From: an uncultured Candidatus Peregrinibacteria bacterium
Lineage (GTDB): Bacteria; Patescibacteriota; Gracilibacteria; Peribacterales; Peribacteraceae
DNA length: 64,000 nt
Assembly (NCBI GenBank): GCA_937863435.1
Contig: CALMES010000147.1
Span: 1,639-65,638, forward strand
Direction of reading: 5' to 3'
The translations under genes and the position numbers were made by a program. Positions 39,174-48,240 of this stretch are shown one piece after another; position 1 is the stretch's first letter; each line of letters starts with the position of its first letter. The notes under the pieces are model-generated. The model was not told where the DNA came from and did no database searches. It saw only the letters and a list, made by a program, of their open reading frames with translations.

Positions 39174-40019
39174 TTACTCCCACACAACGTCAATCGTTCC
39201 ATCGCGATCGGTTCGTTTAGTGGGAATGCCAAAGTGTGTGAGGCGATCCAGGATTGCTTGTTTTGGATGGCCAAAGAGATTGGCTTTTCCCACCGAGATA
39301 ATCGCGAGATCGGGATGCACCGCGATGAGAAAACCGGTGGATGTAGAAGTGAGGCTGCCGTGATGGCCGATCTTCAGAATGTCGGCATGAATATCCAGGC
39401 CGCTCGCGATAATTTTCCCCTCATATCTTTGCTCCAGATCGCCGGTGAAGAGGGCGGAGTGATTTTTAAAACGTGCACGCAGAACCACCACTTCATCGTG
39501 CGGATTACTGTGGTAGGTGCCGAATGCATCGGGCGGCGGCCACAACATGTCGAAGATCAGGCCGTCGCCTATGTCGATTGTGTGACCAGGCTCGGATCGC
39601 AGCAGCGGGATTTTCTGCGCATTCATTTCGGCAAGCATATGCGCGTAGCGCGGCTGATTGTAATCTACGCCACTCATCAGAACCTGGCCGATATCGTAAC
39701 GCTTCAGAATTGCGGGGAAGCTAGCGATATGATCCAAATGAGGGTGTGTGAGAATCAGCAGATCAATCCGTCGATTGAAAAAATCCAAGTGCGAGCCAAG
39801 TTGCTCGAGTGTTGTCAGATCCGGCCCACCATCAATCAGAATTCTTTTGCCACTCGGACTTACAATCAATTCGCTGTCGCCCTGTCCGACATCCAGAAAC
39901 GAGAGATGCGTCTTGCCATCGGGCACATTGATGAGTTGATGCCATGCTAAAAAAAGGCAGAACGGGATCGCCATACAGGCCCAGATCAACCTGCTTGCCG
40001 CTGATTGTGGGTCAGACAT
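39174..40019 (-). CDS. ComEC/Rec2-related metallo-beta-lactamase domain protein (stand-alone)
   Basis: The motifs LSFLDVGQGDS...LIDGG and THPHLDHI are present after one N-terminal TM helix. TAGCAT lies 6 nt upstream of the ATG. Confidence 0.75.
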   Translation of the reverse strand: MSDPQSAASRLIWACMAIPFCLFLAWHQLINVPDGKTHLSFLDVGQGDSELIVSPSGKRILIDGGPDLTTLEQLGSHLDFFNRRIDLLILTHPHLDHIASFPAILKRYDIGQVLMSGVDYNQPRYAHMLAEMNAQKIPLLRSEPGHTIDIGDGLIFDMLWPPPDAFGTYHSNPHDEVVVLRARFKNHSALFTGDLEQRYEGKIIASGLDIHADILKIGHHGSLTSTSTGFLIAVHPDLAIISVGKANLFGHPKQAILDRLTHFGIPTKRTDRDGTIDVVWE

Positions 40020-40078
40020 GGAAGCATGCTAGCGCACGTCAAAAAATTGTGAACGCAGTAGACGCTCGTTCGTACACC

Positions 40079-41320
40079 TTACTGTTGCTTGCGCTTGCGT
40101 GCTGTGCGATGACCGGCGACTGCACCGGAGATAGCCACAAGGCTCAAGAGTCCGACGCCGCTGTTTGGCAGATCGACAATTTTGGAAACGCCGGACGATT
40201 CGTTACCGGCCGTATCGCGTGCGGTTACTTTAACGCCGAAGACGCCCGGTTCGACATTGCTGAAGCTGACTTTTGTCGTGCCAACGGGTTCGCCGGGGAC
40301 AAAGTGAATGCCATCAGTTGTCGTGTAGACGTTGTAATCGGCCAAGTCGCGTGCCGAATTAATGCTGCCGACCCAGAATGCGCCGACATCGTATGTTCCG
40401 TCCTTGCGGATTTTCGGCGTCAGTCCCAAATCGGTCGGGTTTTCCGGTGGCAGGAGATCGGCCTGCACGGGTGGTGATACAGAGCTCGTGCCCGGGTTGG
40501 GAATGTACGGTGCGCTTGCGCCCGATCCATCCGTCATTCTGTAGCCGAAGAAGGTGACCTGCGGAAGTGGCAGGAGCAGCGTTGCGCTGTCTGCAGCCGC
40601 AATCGGCTGCAGCAGCCCGAGAACGTACACTTTTTCTGGCACCTGCGCCGACGTGTCGAGCGTGATGGTCGAACTACCCGAGAAGGCAGTGCGATTGATG
40701 GTGAGTTGTGACCCGCTGCTATCAACAATAATAAACTGATTCGGCGAGAGGAGCTGAGACTGATTCAGGGGCTTGGAGAATTCGAGCAGCACGCCGGTCT
40801 GGCTGTAGCCGCGCACGCGCATGAGCATGAGGGGCTCAAGAGACGACGCAGCAGAAGAGGAGGCAATTGTTGGAGACGATGAGCCTGGCATAAAAACGTC
40901 GGATGGCGTGAGTCCCGAGCGCGAGGAGTTCTGAGACGAGGCGGCAGACAGCATTTCGGCCGACGCTTCCGCCTCGAAGCCGTCACTCTCGATACCGGCT
41001 TTATTCACCGCCATGACCGACACATACACTTTCTTGCCCTTATAAGGAGCAGAGGCAAAGGTAAAAGTAGTATCATTGTTTTTTGTAGGCTCAAAATCGT
41101 CGTAGTTTCCCTGATTGCTTAAAATGGACGTGCGGCTGTAGTACACGTTGTAATGATCGATGTCGCTGCCTTGTACCGCCTGCCACTGGACTATCAGTTT
41201 ATCGCCAGAATAAGCGGCGGATACGTTCTGTACATTCGACGGAATGGCCGCAGCAACAGCAGTTGCGACGGATACGCACGAAAGAAAAATGGCGATGAGT
41301 GATGTTTGTTTTATGTTCAT
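40079..41320 (-). CDS. exported FN3-domain protein with LPxTG-like C-terminal sorting signal
   Basis: A signal peptide is present, and FN3-like modules occur at both ends. The C-terminus is DLPNSG followed by a hydrophobic stretch and RKRKQQ. Confidence 0.7.
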   Translation of the reverse strand: MNIKQTSLIAIFLSCVSVATAVAAAIPSNVQNVSAAYSGDKLIVQWQAVQGSDIDHYNVYYSRTSILSNQGNYDDFEPTKNNDTTFTFASAPYKGKKVYVSVMAVNKAGIESDGFEAEASAEMLSAASSQNSSRSGLTPSDVFMPGSSSPTIASSSAASSLEPLMLMRVRGYSQTGVLLEFSKPLNQSQLLSPNQFIIVDSSGSQLTINRTAFSGSSTITLDTSAQVPEKVYVLGLLQPIAAADSATLLLPLPQVTFFGYRMTDGSGASAPYIPNPGTSSVSPPVQADLLPPENPTDLGLTPKIRKDGTYDVGAFWVGSINSARDLADYNVYTTTDGIHFVPGEPVGTTKVSFSNVEPGVFGVKVTARDTAGNESSGVSKIVDLPNSGVGLLSLVAISGAVAGHRTARKRKQQ

Positions 41321-41391
41321 TTCCTAATATTATAGCGGATTTTGGGGTTTTTTACAACAGATGGGATGGGGGAGCCGAGGTTCCCCTGCCG

Positions 41392-41739
41392 TCACGTGTT
41401 GCGGTACAGGTGAGCCGCAGTGGACAGACTTATTATTCCTATAGCCAGAAACGTCATTGCGTACACGCATTTTTCTCGTGGAGTGATGCGCGTGCTTCTC
41501 ATTAGACTCCTTTGCTCCTTTTCGAGCTTGCTTCTTGCTCTGGGCGAGATCTCTTCATCGAGCTTTCTGTCGAGAAGATCCATCTTCTGCATCATGCCTT
41601 TCATGCTTGTCTTGTAGACGAAGTTTTGAAGCGCCAACTGGCTGAATGCAATGATGGAAATGGTCATGGCGGCAAGGCCGATCAGGTAGATGGTGCCGAC
41701 GCAAAAGAGGCGAATGAGATGCAGAGATACGAGCGACAT
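41392..41739 (-). CDS. small membrane protein (115 aa)
   Basis: Two TM helices flank a charged coiled segment. This is one of the few genes with an SD-like AGGAGA upstream. Confidence 0.5.
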   Translation of the reverse strand: MSLVSLHLIRLFCVGTIYLIGLAAMTISIIAFSQLALQNFVYKTSMKGMMQKMDLLDRKLDEEISPRARSKLEKEQRSLMRSTRITPREKCVYAMTFLAIGIISLSTAAHLYRNT

Positions 41740-41809
41740 TGGAGGCTCTCCTGTTGCAGCGGAGGTGAAGGAACTAATTGTATTTTACCATCTTTTAGTA
41801 TGTCTGCAG

Positions 41810-43282
41810 CTAGCTCTTCATGAGATTATGGAGTTTCAATTGCCATGCCAAGACAGCCATCAGCCCCAGTGCTGCTATAAGACCGACGATAATCGATGAG
41901 ATCGTGATCAGAAGTGGAGAAAACAGCCAGAGAATGAGTGCTAGTACGCCTGTGTAGATCAGAAACTTCGACAGAAATTCGCGCGGGAAACGCATGGGCA
42001 TAATTTTGAGTGCTTGCGGTAGCAGAAGAATCGCCAGTACCGCATTCACGACGTTGGCGGTTGTGGCTGCGCCGACAAAGCCGAGTTTTGGGATGAGGAA
42101 ATAGTTGAGTGAGAAGGAGAGGACGACCCCGAGAAGCATGGTTTTGACGAGCGGCTTCCATGCGTGCGTTGTGAGCATCGTGTAAAAGCTAAAGAGCACA
42201 ATGCCGTTTAAGAGCATCGGTCCGCTCATAATCTTGAGCGCCGTATCGGAACCTGCGTGCCACATGCCTGTTGCTGGATCAATTCCGGATAGATAGCTCT
42301 CCGCTGTAAGGAGCTGTATGAGCGGGCGCGACCAGAGGAAGCAGAAGAGAAACGATGTGGAGCCGAGGAGGAGAATCATCAGAAATGTTTTGCCAAGCAG
42401 TGAGGATGTATCGGCGCCTTCGTCACTGCGCTTGCTCAGCACTGGAAGTGTGGAGTTTAAGAGAAACGTTGGCACGAGATAGGTCATTTCGGTGATGCGG
42501 CCGGCAAAACCGTAGTAGGCGTTTTGTATGTCGTAATCCTCCGGCCGCAGAATGGCGATCATTGTGAGATCGAACTGACGGTAGAGAGCAACGCACAGAA
42601 ACGCAAAACCGTAGGGAATGGAACCCTTGATAAGTGTTTTCATCAGCTGCGAATCCCACGTAAATCGCACCGGCATCAGGCGCAGTGAAAAGATGACCGA
42701 CAGAATAAAGAGGACAAACGCGCCCAGTCCGCCGATAGCGATAAAGAGATTCAGATCATGCACATTCGTACTGGCTCGCACACCCATGACAACGACAAGC
42801 CCGATGAGCGTTGCAGTCACTATTCTCTGGGTCACTTCCGATATGAACACGAAGTGCATTTTGTACGTCACTTGGAAAACCGTGCGCAGAATGCCGGCAA
42901 GCAACGTGAAAAGTGGAACAGACGCCGCAATGGCAATGGCAATCGGCAGTGGAGTGGAGCGCCACGATGGCGATACCCAGGCGATACCCACGCCAAGTCC
43001 GAGTGAGAGAATGCTGATGAGCCCGCGAATGAGAATGAGTCCGCCGAGCACCTTTGGCTGATCTTTGGCTTTGGCGAGTTCTTTCACCGATACGACGTAC
43101 AGTCCGAAATCCGAAATGATCGCGAATATCTGCAGGTACGCATACGACGAGTTGTAGTTTCCGGCGAGTTCTTTGCTGAGTCCGATCGCGATAAACTTCA
43201 CCGTAATCACGCTCAGCGCGGCCATCACAAATTGACTGGCCATTTGCCACAGCGTGGAGCTTGCGATTTGCTTGGTCGACAT
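41810..43282 (-). CDS. MOP-superfamily polysaccharide/lipid-linked oligosaccharide flippase (Wzx/MurJ-like)
   Basis: The product has about 12-14 TM helices. The start MSTKQIASSTLWQ is fixed by the TGCTATACT box 6 nt upstream. Confidence 0.7.
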   Translation of the reverse strand: MSTKQIASSTLWQMASQFVMAALSVITVKFIAIGLSKELAGNYNSSYAYLQIFAIISDFGLYVVSVKELAKAKDQPKVLGGLILIRGLISILSLGLGVGIAWVSPSWRSTPLPIAIAIAASVPLFTLLAGILRTVFQVTYKMHFVFISEVTQRIVTATLIGLVVVMGVRASTNVHDLNLFIAIGGLGAFVLFILSVIFSLRLMPVRFTWDSQLMKTLIKGSIPYGFAFLCVALYRQFDLTMIAILRPEDYDIQNAYYGFAGRITEMTYLVPTFLLNSTLPVLSKRSDEGADTSSLLGKTFLMILLLGSTSFLFCFLWSRPLIQLLTAESYLSGIDPATGMWHAGSDTALKIMSGPMLLNGIVLFSFYTMLTTHAWKPLVKTMLLGVVLSFSLNYFLIPKLGFVGAATTANVVNAVLAILLLPQALKIMPMRFPREFLSKFLIYTGVLALILWLFSPLLITISSIIVGLIAALGLMAVLAWQLKLHNLMKS

Positions 43283-43288
43283 GGGGGA

Positions 43289-43297
43289 AGTATAGCA
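43289..43297 (-). promoter_or_regulatory. extended -10 box TGCTATACT for flippase gene
   Basis: The minus-strand motif lies 6 nt upstream of the ATG at 43282. Confidence 0.5.
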
Positions 43298-43390
43298 GGA
43301 ACGCGAATGACGAATCACGAATGGTTTAATCAATACTTCCCGCAGACGGAGCATCGTGCTCCGGGCGTATATCGGGCATTAAGAGCGTCG

Positions 43391-43425
43391 CATCGGGGCA
43401 CGATGCCCCTCCTGCGGATATATTT
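43391..43425 (+). repeat. REP-like hairpin element, 35-nt perfect copy of 11788-11822
   Basis: The element reads CATCGGGGCACGATGCCCCTCCTGCGGATATATTT. Confidence 0.85.
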
Positions 43426-43538
43426 GGTGATTTTGACATATATATTTTCGTCCTTGTTTCGTGTTTCGGATTTGGTTCTTCATATTTTTTGCTATTTGTC
43501 TCTTGTATCTTGCTATTTTGCCCATATACTCGCCTCTG

Positions 43539-44456
43539 ATGCCACTCCCTTTTAAGCATCTAACGTCAACCAAACAACTCACACGCAGTGATACCGATCA
43601 GCTATTGAAGGTATCTGGTGACATGGAAAATATTCTCAAAGATGGCGGGAGCGATTTGCTGAAGGGCAAAATCCTTGCCTCTCTTTTTTATGAACCATCG
43701 ACGCGTACGCGCCTCAGTTTCGAGGCCGCGATGCTGCGTCTTGGCGGCAATGTTCTGACAGCCGAAGGACTTCAATTCAGTTCACTGTATAAAGGCGAAA
43801 CGATCGAAGACACGATGCTCATGGTTTCGCAGTACGCCGATATTATTGCCATGCGCCACCCGGAAGCCGGCAGCGCGGATCAGGCTGCCAGTGCCGCACT
43901 CATTCCGTTCATCAATGCCGGTGATGGCCCCGGTCAGCACCCCACGCAGGCGCTCCTCGATCTCTACACTATCCAAAAAGAGCGCGGAAAAATTGATGGC
44001 ATCACGATCGCGATGGTGGGGGATCTTAAGTACGGTCGGACAGTTCATTCATTGTGTTACTTACTCGGTCTCTACAAAGACATCAAATTTATCTTCATCG
44101 CCCCGCCGGAACTGCCAATGCCCGAAAAGGTGACCAGTTATTTAGACGAGCGGAAATTTCAGTACACAGCCAAGGAATCAATAGAAGATGGTGTCGATGC
44201 GGATATTATGTATGTCACCCGTGTGCAGAAAGAGCGATTTACAAATCAGGCTGATTACGAACGACTCAAGCTGCGATACATTCTGAAAGCTGATCAGCTG
44301 AAAGGGAAAAAGGTCACGATCATGCATCCGCTGCCTCGTGTCGGGGAAATCGCCACTGATGTCGACGCGCTTCCCAATGCCGCCTATTTCCGACAGGCAG
44401 CCAATGGCGTACCAATGCGCATGGCCTTACTCGCGATGTTGCTTGGAAAAGCGTAG
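43539..44456 (+). CDS. pyrB: aspartate carbamoyltransferase catalytic subunit
   Basis: The motifs FYEPSTRTRLSFE, HPTQALLD and HPLPR are present. Confidence 0.95.
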   Translation: MPLPFKHLTSTKQLTRSDTDQLLKVSGDMENILKDGGSDLLKGKILASLFYEPSTRTRLSFEAAMLRLGGNVLTAEGLQFSSLYKGETIEDTMLMVSQYADIIAMRHPEAGSADQAASAALIPFINAGDGPGQHPTQALLDLYTIQKERGKIDGITIAMVGDLKYGRTVHSLCYLLGLYKDIKFIFIAPPELPMPEKVTSYLDERKFQYTAKESIEDGVDADIMYVTRVQKERFTNQADYERLKLRYILKADQLKGKKVTIMHPLPRVGEIATDVDALPNAAYFRQAANGVPMRMALLAMLLGKA

Positions 44457-44514
44457 GCGTTCTGTGGAGGCGTAGAACGCCTGGATTGGCTTATAGACGC
44501 AACATATTGCGTCT
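44455..44514 (+). repeat. two hairpins between pyrB and the second RAYT-like gene
   Basis: The first hairpin is AGGCGTTCT...AGAACGCCT at 44455-44482, followed by the tail TGGATTGG. The second is AGACGCAA-CATA-TTGCGTCT at 44495-44514. Confidence 0.7.
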
Positions 44515-44576
44515 TTACGAAAGTATCCGGATTGATTGAGGTAGAGGCACGACGTGTAGTCAATCATGCTACTGGC

Positions 44577-45194
44577 ATGACGCTTTTCAAAGGTCGCTAT
44601 CGAAGCGAGACAACCCGGCTGCAATCGCACAATTATGCCGGCCCCGGCTATTATTTTGTCACTATCTGTACCAAGAACCGCTTGCCGTGGTTTGGGGAAA
44701 TTGTGAACGGAAAAATGCAATTGTCGGACAGTGGCCGAATTTTATCGTATGAATGGCAGCAAACGACACGACGTCGGCCGAATGTGATTATTGATGAATG
44801 GATTATTATGCCAGATCATTTTCATGCAATCGTGCAGATCTTGTCTGCTGATAAGAATCAGCGATCTGTCGAGACGGGCCGGCGATTAGATATATTACAA
44901 CAGGATAAATTTGTAGATGAATTTTGCAATAGCCGGCCCGTCTCGACAGAAGAGGAGTCAGAAATCTTTGCGATCAAATCCAAAACCGCCAACGCAACGC
45001 GCAAATGGAAACGCGGCTGTTTGGGCGCAGTCATCAATCAATTTAAAATGACCTGTACCAAACAAATCCGAGGGATGGGAAATTATGATTTCGCCTGGCA
45101 ACCGTTATATCACGACGTCATCATCCGCGATGCATTCGCATTACATCGCATCCGACGGTATATACAAAACAACCCCGCTAATTGGCGGGGTTGA
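44577..45194 (+). CDS. REP-associated tyrosine transposase-like (Y1/HUH, COG1943-like)
   Basis: The motifs YYFVTICTKNR and the HUH element MPDHFHAIV are present. The C-terminal segment is WQPLYHDVIIRD...RRYIQNNPANW. Confidence 0.7.
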   Translation: MTLFKGRYRSETTRLQSHNYAGPGYYFVTICTKNRLPWFGEIVNGKMQLSDSGRILSYEWQQTTRRRPNVIIDEWIIMPDHFHAIVQILSADKNQRSVETGRRLDILQQDKFVDEFCNSRPVSTEEESEIFAIKSKTANATRKWKRGCLGAVINQFKMTCTKQIRGMGNYDFAWQPLYHDVIIRDAFALHRIRRYIQNNPANWRG

Positions 45195-45234
45195 TTGCTG
45201 ATCAAAATGTGTGCGGAGGCGCAAAATCTTGCGA

Positions 45235-45651
45235 CTACGCATTTTTGGCATTGCGGGCGACAAAGCGCTCGATGGCGATTTTGCCAGGTCCGTGCAGCAT
45301 CAAGAGGATGCTGGATGCAAGCAGCAGACAATCCAATTCATATCCACCCGGAGCTGCGTAGCCAATCTGGAACAGGAAGATTTTGAGACCAATCGCACCG
45401 ATCATAATGATGGACAGACAGAGCGAGGCTGTGCGGACGAGAATGCCGACGATGAGGGCAATGCCTGCAACTGGTTCGGCGATAGCCAGAAATTTCATCA
45501 AAAGGAACAATGGCATTGGCATCATTTGCGGTGCCGTAGTCATGGAAATCAGTGGAAACTTCTGTAAGCCGTGAGCGATGAAGCTGCCGGCGATAGCAAG
45601 GCGGACGAGCAGTAAGCCAATATCGGTATGGCGAGAAAGAATATGTTTCAT
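45235..45651 (-). CDS. DoxX family membrane protein
   Basis: The segment IGLLLVRLAIAGSFIAHGLQKF is present within a four-TM pattern. Confidence 0.7.
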   Translation of the reverse strand: MKHILSRHTDIGLLLVRLAIAGSFIAHGLQKFPLISMTTAPQMMPMPLFLLMKFLAIAEPVAGIALIVGILVRTASLCLSIIMIGAIGLKIFLFQIGYAAPGGYELDCLLLASSILLMLHGPGKIAIERFVARNAKNA

Positions 45652-45807
45652 GAATAGAGAGAGTGAGGAAATAGTCGCTTCCTACTAAACTTCAGGCACA
45701 CAGTTTTTGCAAGAGCAGACATACTGCTTCGTTTGTTCTGTCGAGTATTTTTTCAATGTGTAAAAAGCCTTTATGCAAGTTCCAAGAGTCGCGTATAGTG
45801 ACCGTGC

Positions 45808-46731
45808 ATGCTCAAAACATCCATCGCCGGCGTCGCATTTCCATCGTACATTTTCAACGCATCTGGCCCATGCGACACCACTTTTGAAGAATTGTCCGCA
45901 ATTGGCGCATCGCAATGCGGAGCGATTACGATGAAATCGAGTACACTCGAGTTTCGTGCGGGTAACGAAGAGCCGCGCTATGTTCGCGTGCCGCTTGGCT
46001 CTATCAACAGCATGGGTTTGCCGAATTTGGGCTACAAACAGTACATTGATTTTGCTCCAAAGCTCAAACAATATAACAAACCGATTGTCGCGAGTTTGGC
46101 CGGACTTTCGCCCGATGAATTTCCTGTACTGGTCAAAGCATTTCAGGAAAGTGATGCCGATGTGATCGAAGTGAATCTGTCGTGTCCGAATGTGAAAGGC
46201 AAGCCGCAGATTGGCTACGATTTTGCCATGTCGGAGCAGGTTCTTAAAAGCATCATGAACCTTGGCTCGAAACCTCTTGGCGTGAAATTGCCACCGTACT
46301 TCGATGCAGTGCATTGGGATCAGATGGCGGAAATTCTGCTCAAATTCCCACTCGCATTCGTCTGCTGCATTAATTCGGTTGGCAATACGCTCATCATCGA
46401 TCCGGAAACCGAACGGCCGCTCATCAAGCCTAAAGGCGGCTTTGGCGGTTTGGGTGGCGAATACATCAAGCCAGTAGCGCTTGCCAACGTGCGGGCATTC
46501 TACGAACGTCTGCAAGGAAAAATTGCAGTGATTGGCGTCGGTGGCATTGCAACTGGAACAGATGCATTTGAATTTCTCCTGGCTGGTGCTGACGCTGTGC
46601 AAGTCGGCACGCAATTCGAGAAAGAAGGGCCGGATTGTTTTGAGCGAATTTCTCGCGAGCTGGAGCAAATATTGAAGCGAAAGGGCTATGCGGATATTGC
46701 GGCGGCGAAGGGGAAGTTGAAGATTTTATAG
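45808..46731 (+). CDS. pyrD: dihydroorotate dehydrogenase, class 1
   Basis: The motif NASGP is present, along with the active-site Cys context NLSCPNV and GGIATG. Confidence 0.9.
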   Translation: MLKTSIAGVAFPSYIFNASGPCDTTFEELSAIGASQCGAITMKSSTLEFRAGNEEPRYVRVPLGSINSMGLPNLGYKQYIDFAPKLKQYNKPIVASLAGLSPDEFPVLVKAFQESDADVIEVNLSCPNVKGKPQIGYDFAMSEQVLKSIMNLGSKPLGVKLPPYFDAVHWDQMAEILLKFPLAFVCCINSVGNTLIIDPETERPLIKPKGGFGGLGGEYIKPVALANVRAFYERLQGKIAVIGVGGIATGTDAFEFLLAGADAVQVGTQFEKEGPDCFERISRELEQILKRKGYADIAAAKGKLKIL

Positions 46732-46956
46732 AATCGGAATATTTCGATTTATATTGCCATTGCCGTGAGACGCCCCGGACTGAATCTTTGCAACTCAACG
46801 ATTTGGCTGGATGCTGATTATTGAACTAGTCGGGGCGTCTGTATTTAAAAAATTTATAAATTCTTTCAATTATTTCCGAGATTAGGAAATCTTCCCTATA
46901 ATAGCCATATATCAGCAATCCTCATCCGCGGCGGCCATGTTGTATCGTCCAAAGGG

Positions 46957-48240
46957 ATGCGGCTGGCGGATGTGTTGTATGAGAATGGGGAAGTAAAAAA
47001 AGTAGGTGATAATCTTCAGTCGGAGCCGCATGCCGATCTCATAGAGGCCGAAGGCATGTTGCTCTTTCCGGGGCTCATCGATTGCCATGTGCATTTTCGC
47101 GAGCCGGGCTTGGAGCACAAAGCGACACTGGAAAGTGAAGCGCGTTGTGCAAGGCTTGGCGGTATTACGACCGTGTGCGAAATGCCGAATACCGTTCCGC
47201 CGACAGTCACGATTGTCGCGCTTGCAGACAAAGTGCGTCGGGCCGAAAAAGTGCGGGGATTCGATTTTCATTTTTTCTTCGGTGTTACCGAAGCTGCGCA
47301 TCTGCACGCTCTGCGCGAACTTTGGACAGGTGAATCGGCAGAGCTCCGACGCCTGAAAAAATATTGCTGCGGTGTGAAATTATTTTTGGATCACTCAACG
47401 GGCAATCAAATGGTCGCGCGCGAACTGATCGATGATATTTTTGCTGCGTGTGCCAAGTTACACATTCCGCTTGTCGCTCACTGCGAAGATCCGGAGATCA
47501 ATGCTGCTGCGGCACAAGCAAACAAATCTACGGATATTAGTGCTCATTCACTCATGCGTCCGCCAGAATCAGAAGCGTCATCGATTAGCTTTGCACTCGA
47601 AAAAGTACGCACGCATGGAACCGCGTTACACATCGCGCATCTTTCTACTAAGCAGGGAATTGAACTTGTCCGTCAGGCAAAAAAGGATGGCCTGCCCGTG
47701 ACCTGCGAAGTGTGCCCGCACCATTTACTGCTCTTGACCGATGATTATTCGTGGCTTGGCACGCGCGGGAAAATGAATCCACCATTGCGATCTGCTGATC
47801 ATCTCAAAATGTTATGGAAAGGAATTGCTGATCATACTGTTGATTGTGTTTCGACGGATCATGCACCGCACACCATCGACGAAAAAAACGCGCTCGAAGC
47901 TCTCAAGGCGCCAAGCGGCGTGCCCGGAGTGGAGACGATGGTGCCGCTGCTTTTGAGTGTCGTGGCTGGGAAGTGGCCGACGAATAATCAGAAACGAATT
48001 ACGAATTACGAATTACGAATTACGCCGGAAGATATTCTTCGGCTCTGTTTTACGAATCCGAATCAGATTTTCTCTTTGGGACGCGAAGAGATTTCTGAAG
48101 GAGCGAAGACGCCGATTGTGATTATCGATCCAGCGGTTGAATGGACAATCAGCGCCGAAAACCAGCACAGCAAATGCGGCTGGACGCCGTACGAGGGCTG
48201 GAACGTCACCGGAAAAGTTATGCAGATTGTAGGATCTTAA
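46957..48240 (+). CDS. pyrC: dihydroorotase
   Basis: The motif DCHVHFREPG is present. The conserved N-terminal strand ILIRGGHVV is encoded in frame upstream of the first ATG, so the start is probably ATA at 46909. A repeat-derived insertion lies at 47974-48021. Confidence 0.9.
   Translation: MRLADVLYENGEVKKVGDNLQSEPHADLIEAEGMLLFPGLIDCHVHFREPGLEHKATLESEARCARLGGITTVCEMPNTVPPTVTIVALADKVRRAEKVRGFDFHFFFGVTEAAHLHALRELWTGESAELRRLKKYCCGVKLFLDHSTGNQMVARELIDDIFAACAKLHIPLVAHCEDPEINAAAAQANKSTDISAHSLMRPPESEASSISFALEKVRTHGTALHIAHLSTKQGIELVRQAKKDGLPVTCEVCPHHLLLLTDDYSWLGTRGKMNPPLRSADHLKMLWKGIADHTVDCVSTDHAPHTIDEKNALEALKAPSGVPGVETMVPLLLSVVAGKWPTNNQKRITNYELRITPEDILRLCFTNPNQIFSLGREEISEGAKTPIVIIDPAVEWTISAENQHSKCGWTPYEGWNVTGKVMQIVGS

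Noticed and set aside
45685-46668. A 327-aa ORF on the minus strand
   Set aside because: It lies fully antisense to the well-conserved pyrD gene. Its product is Arg/Cys/Phe-rich and has no recognisable motifs, so it is a shadow ORF.
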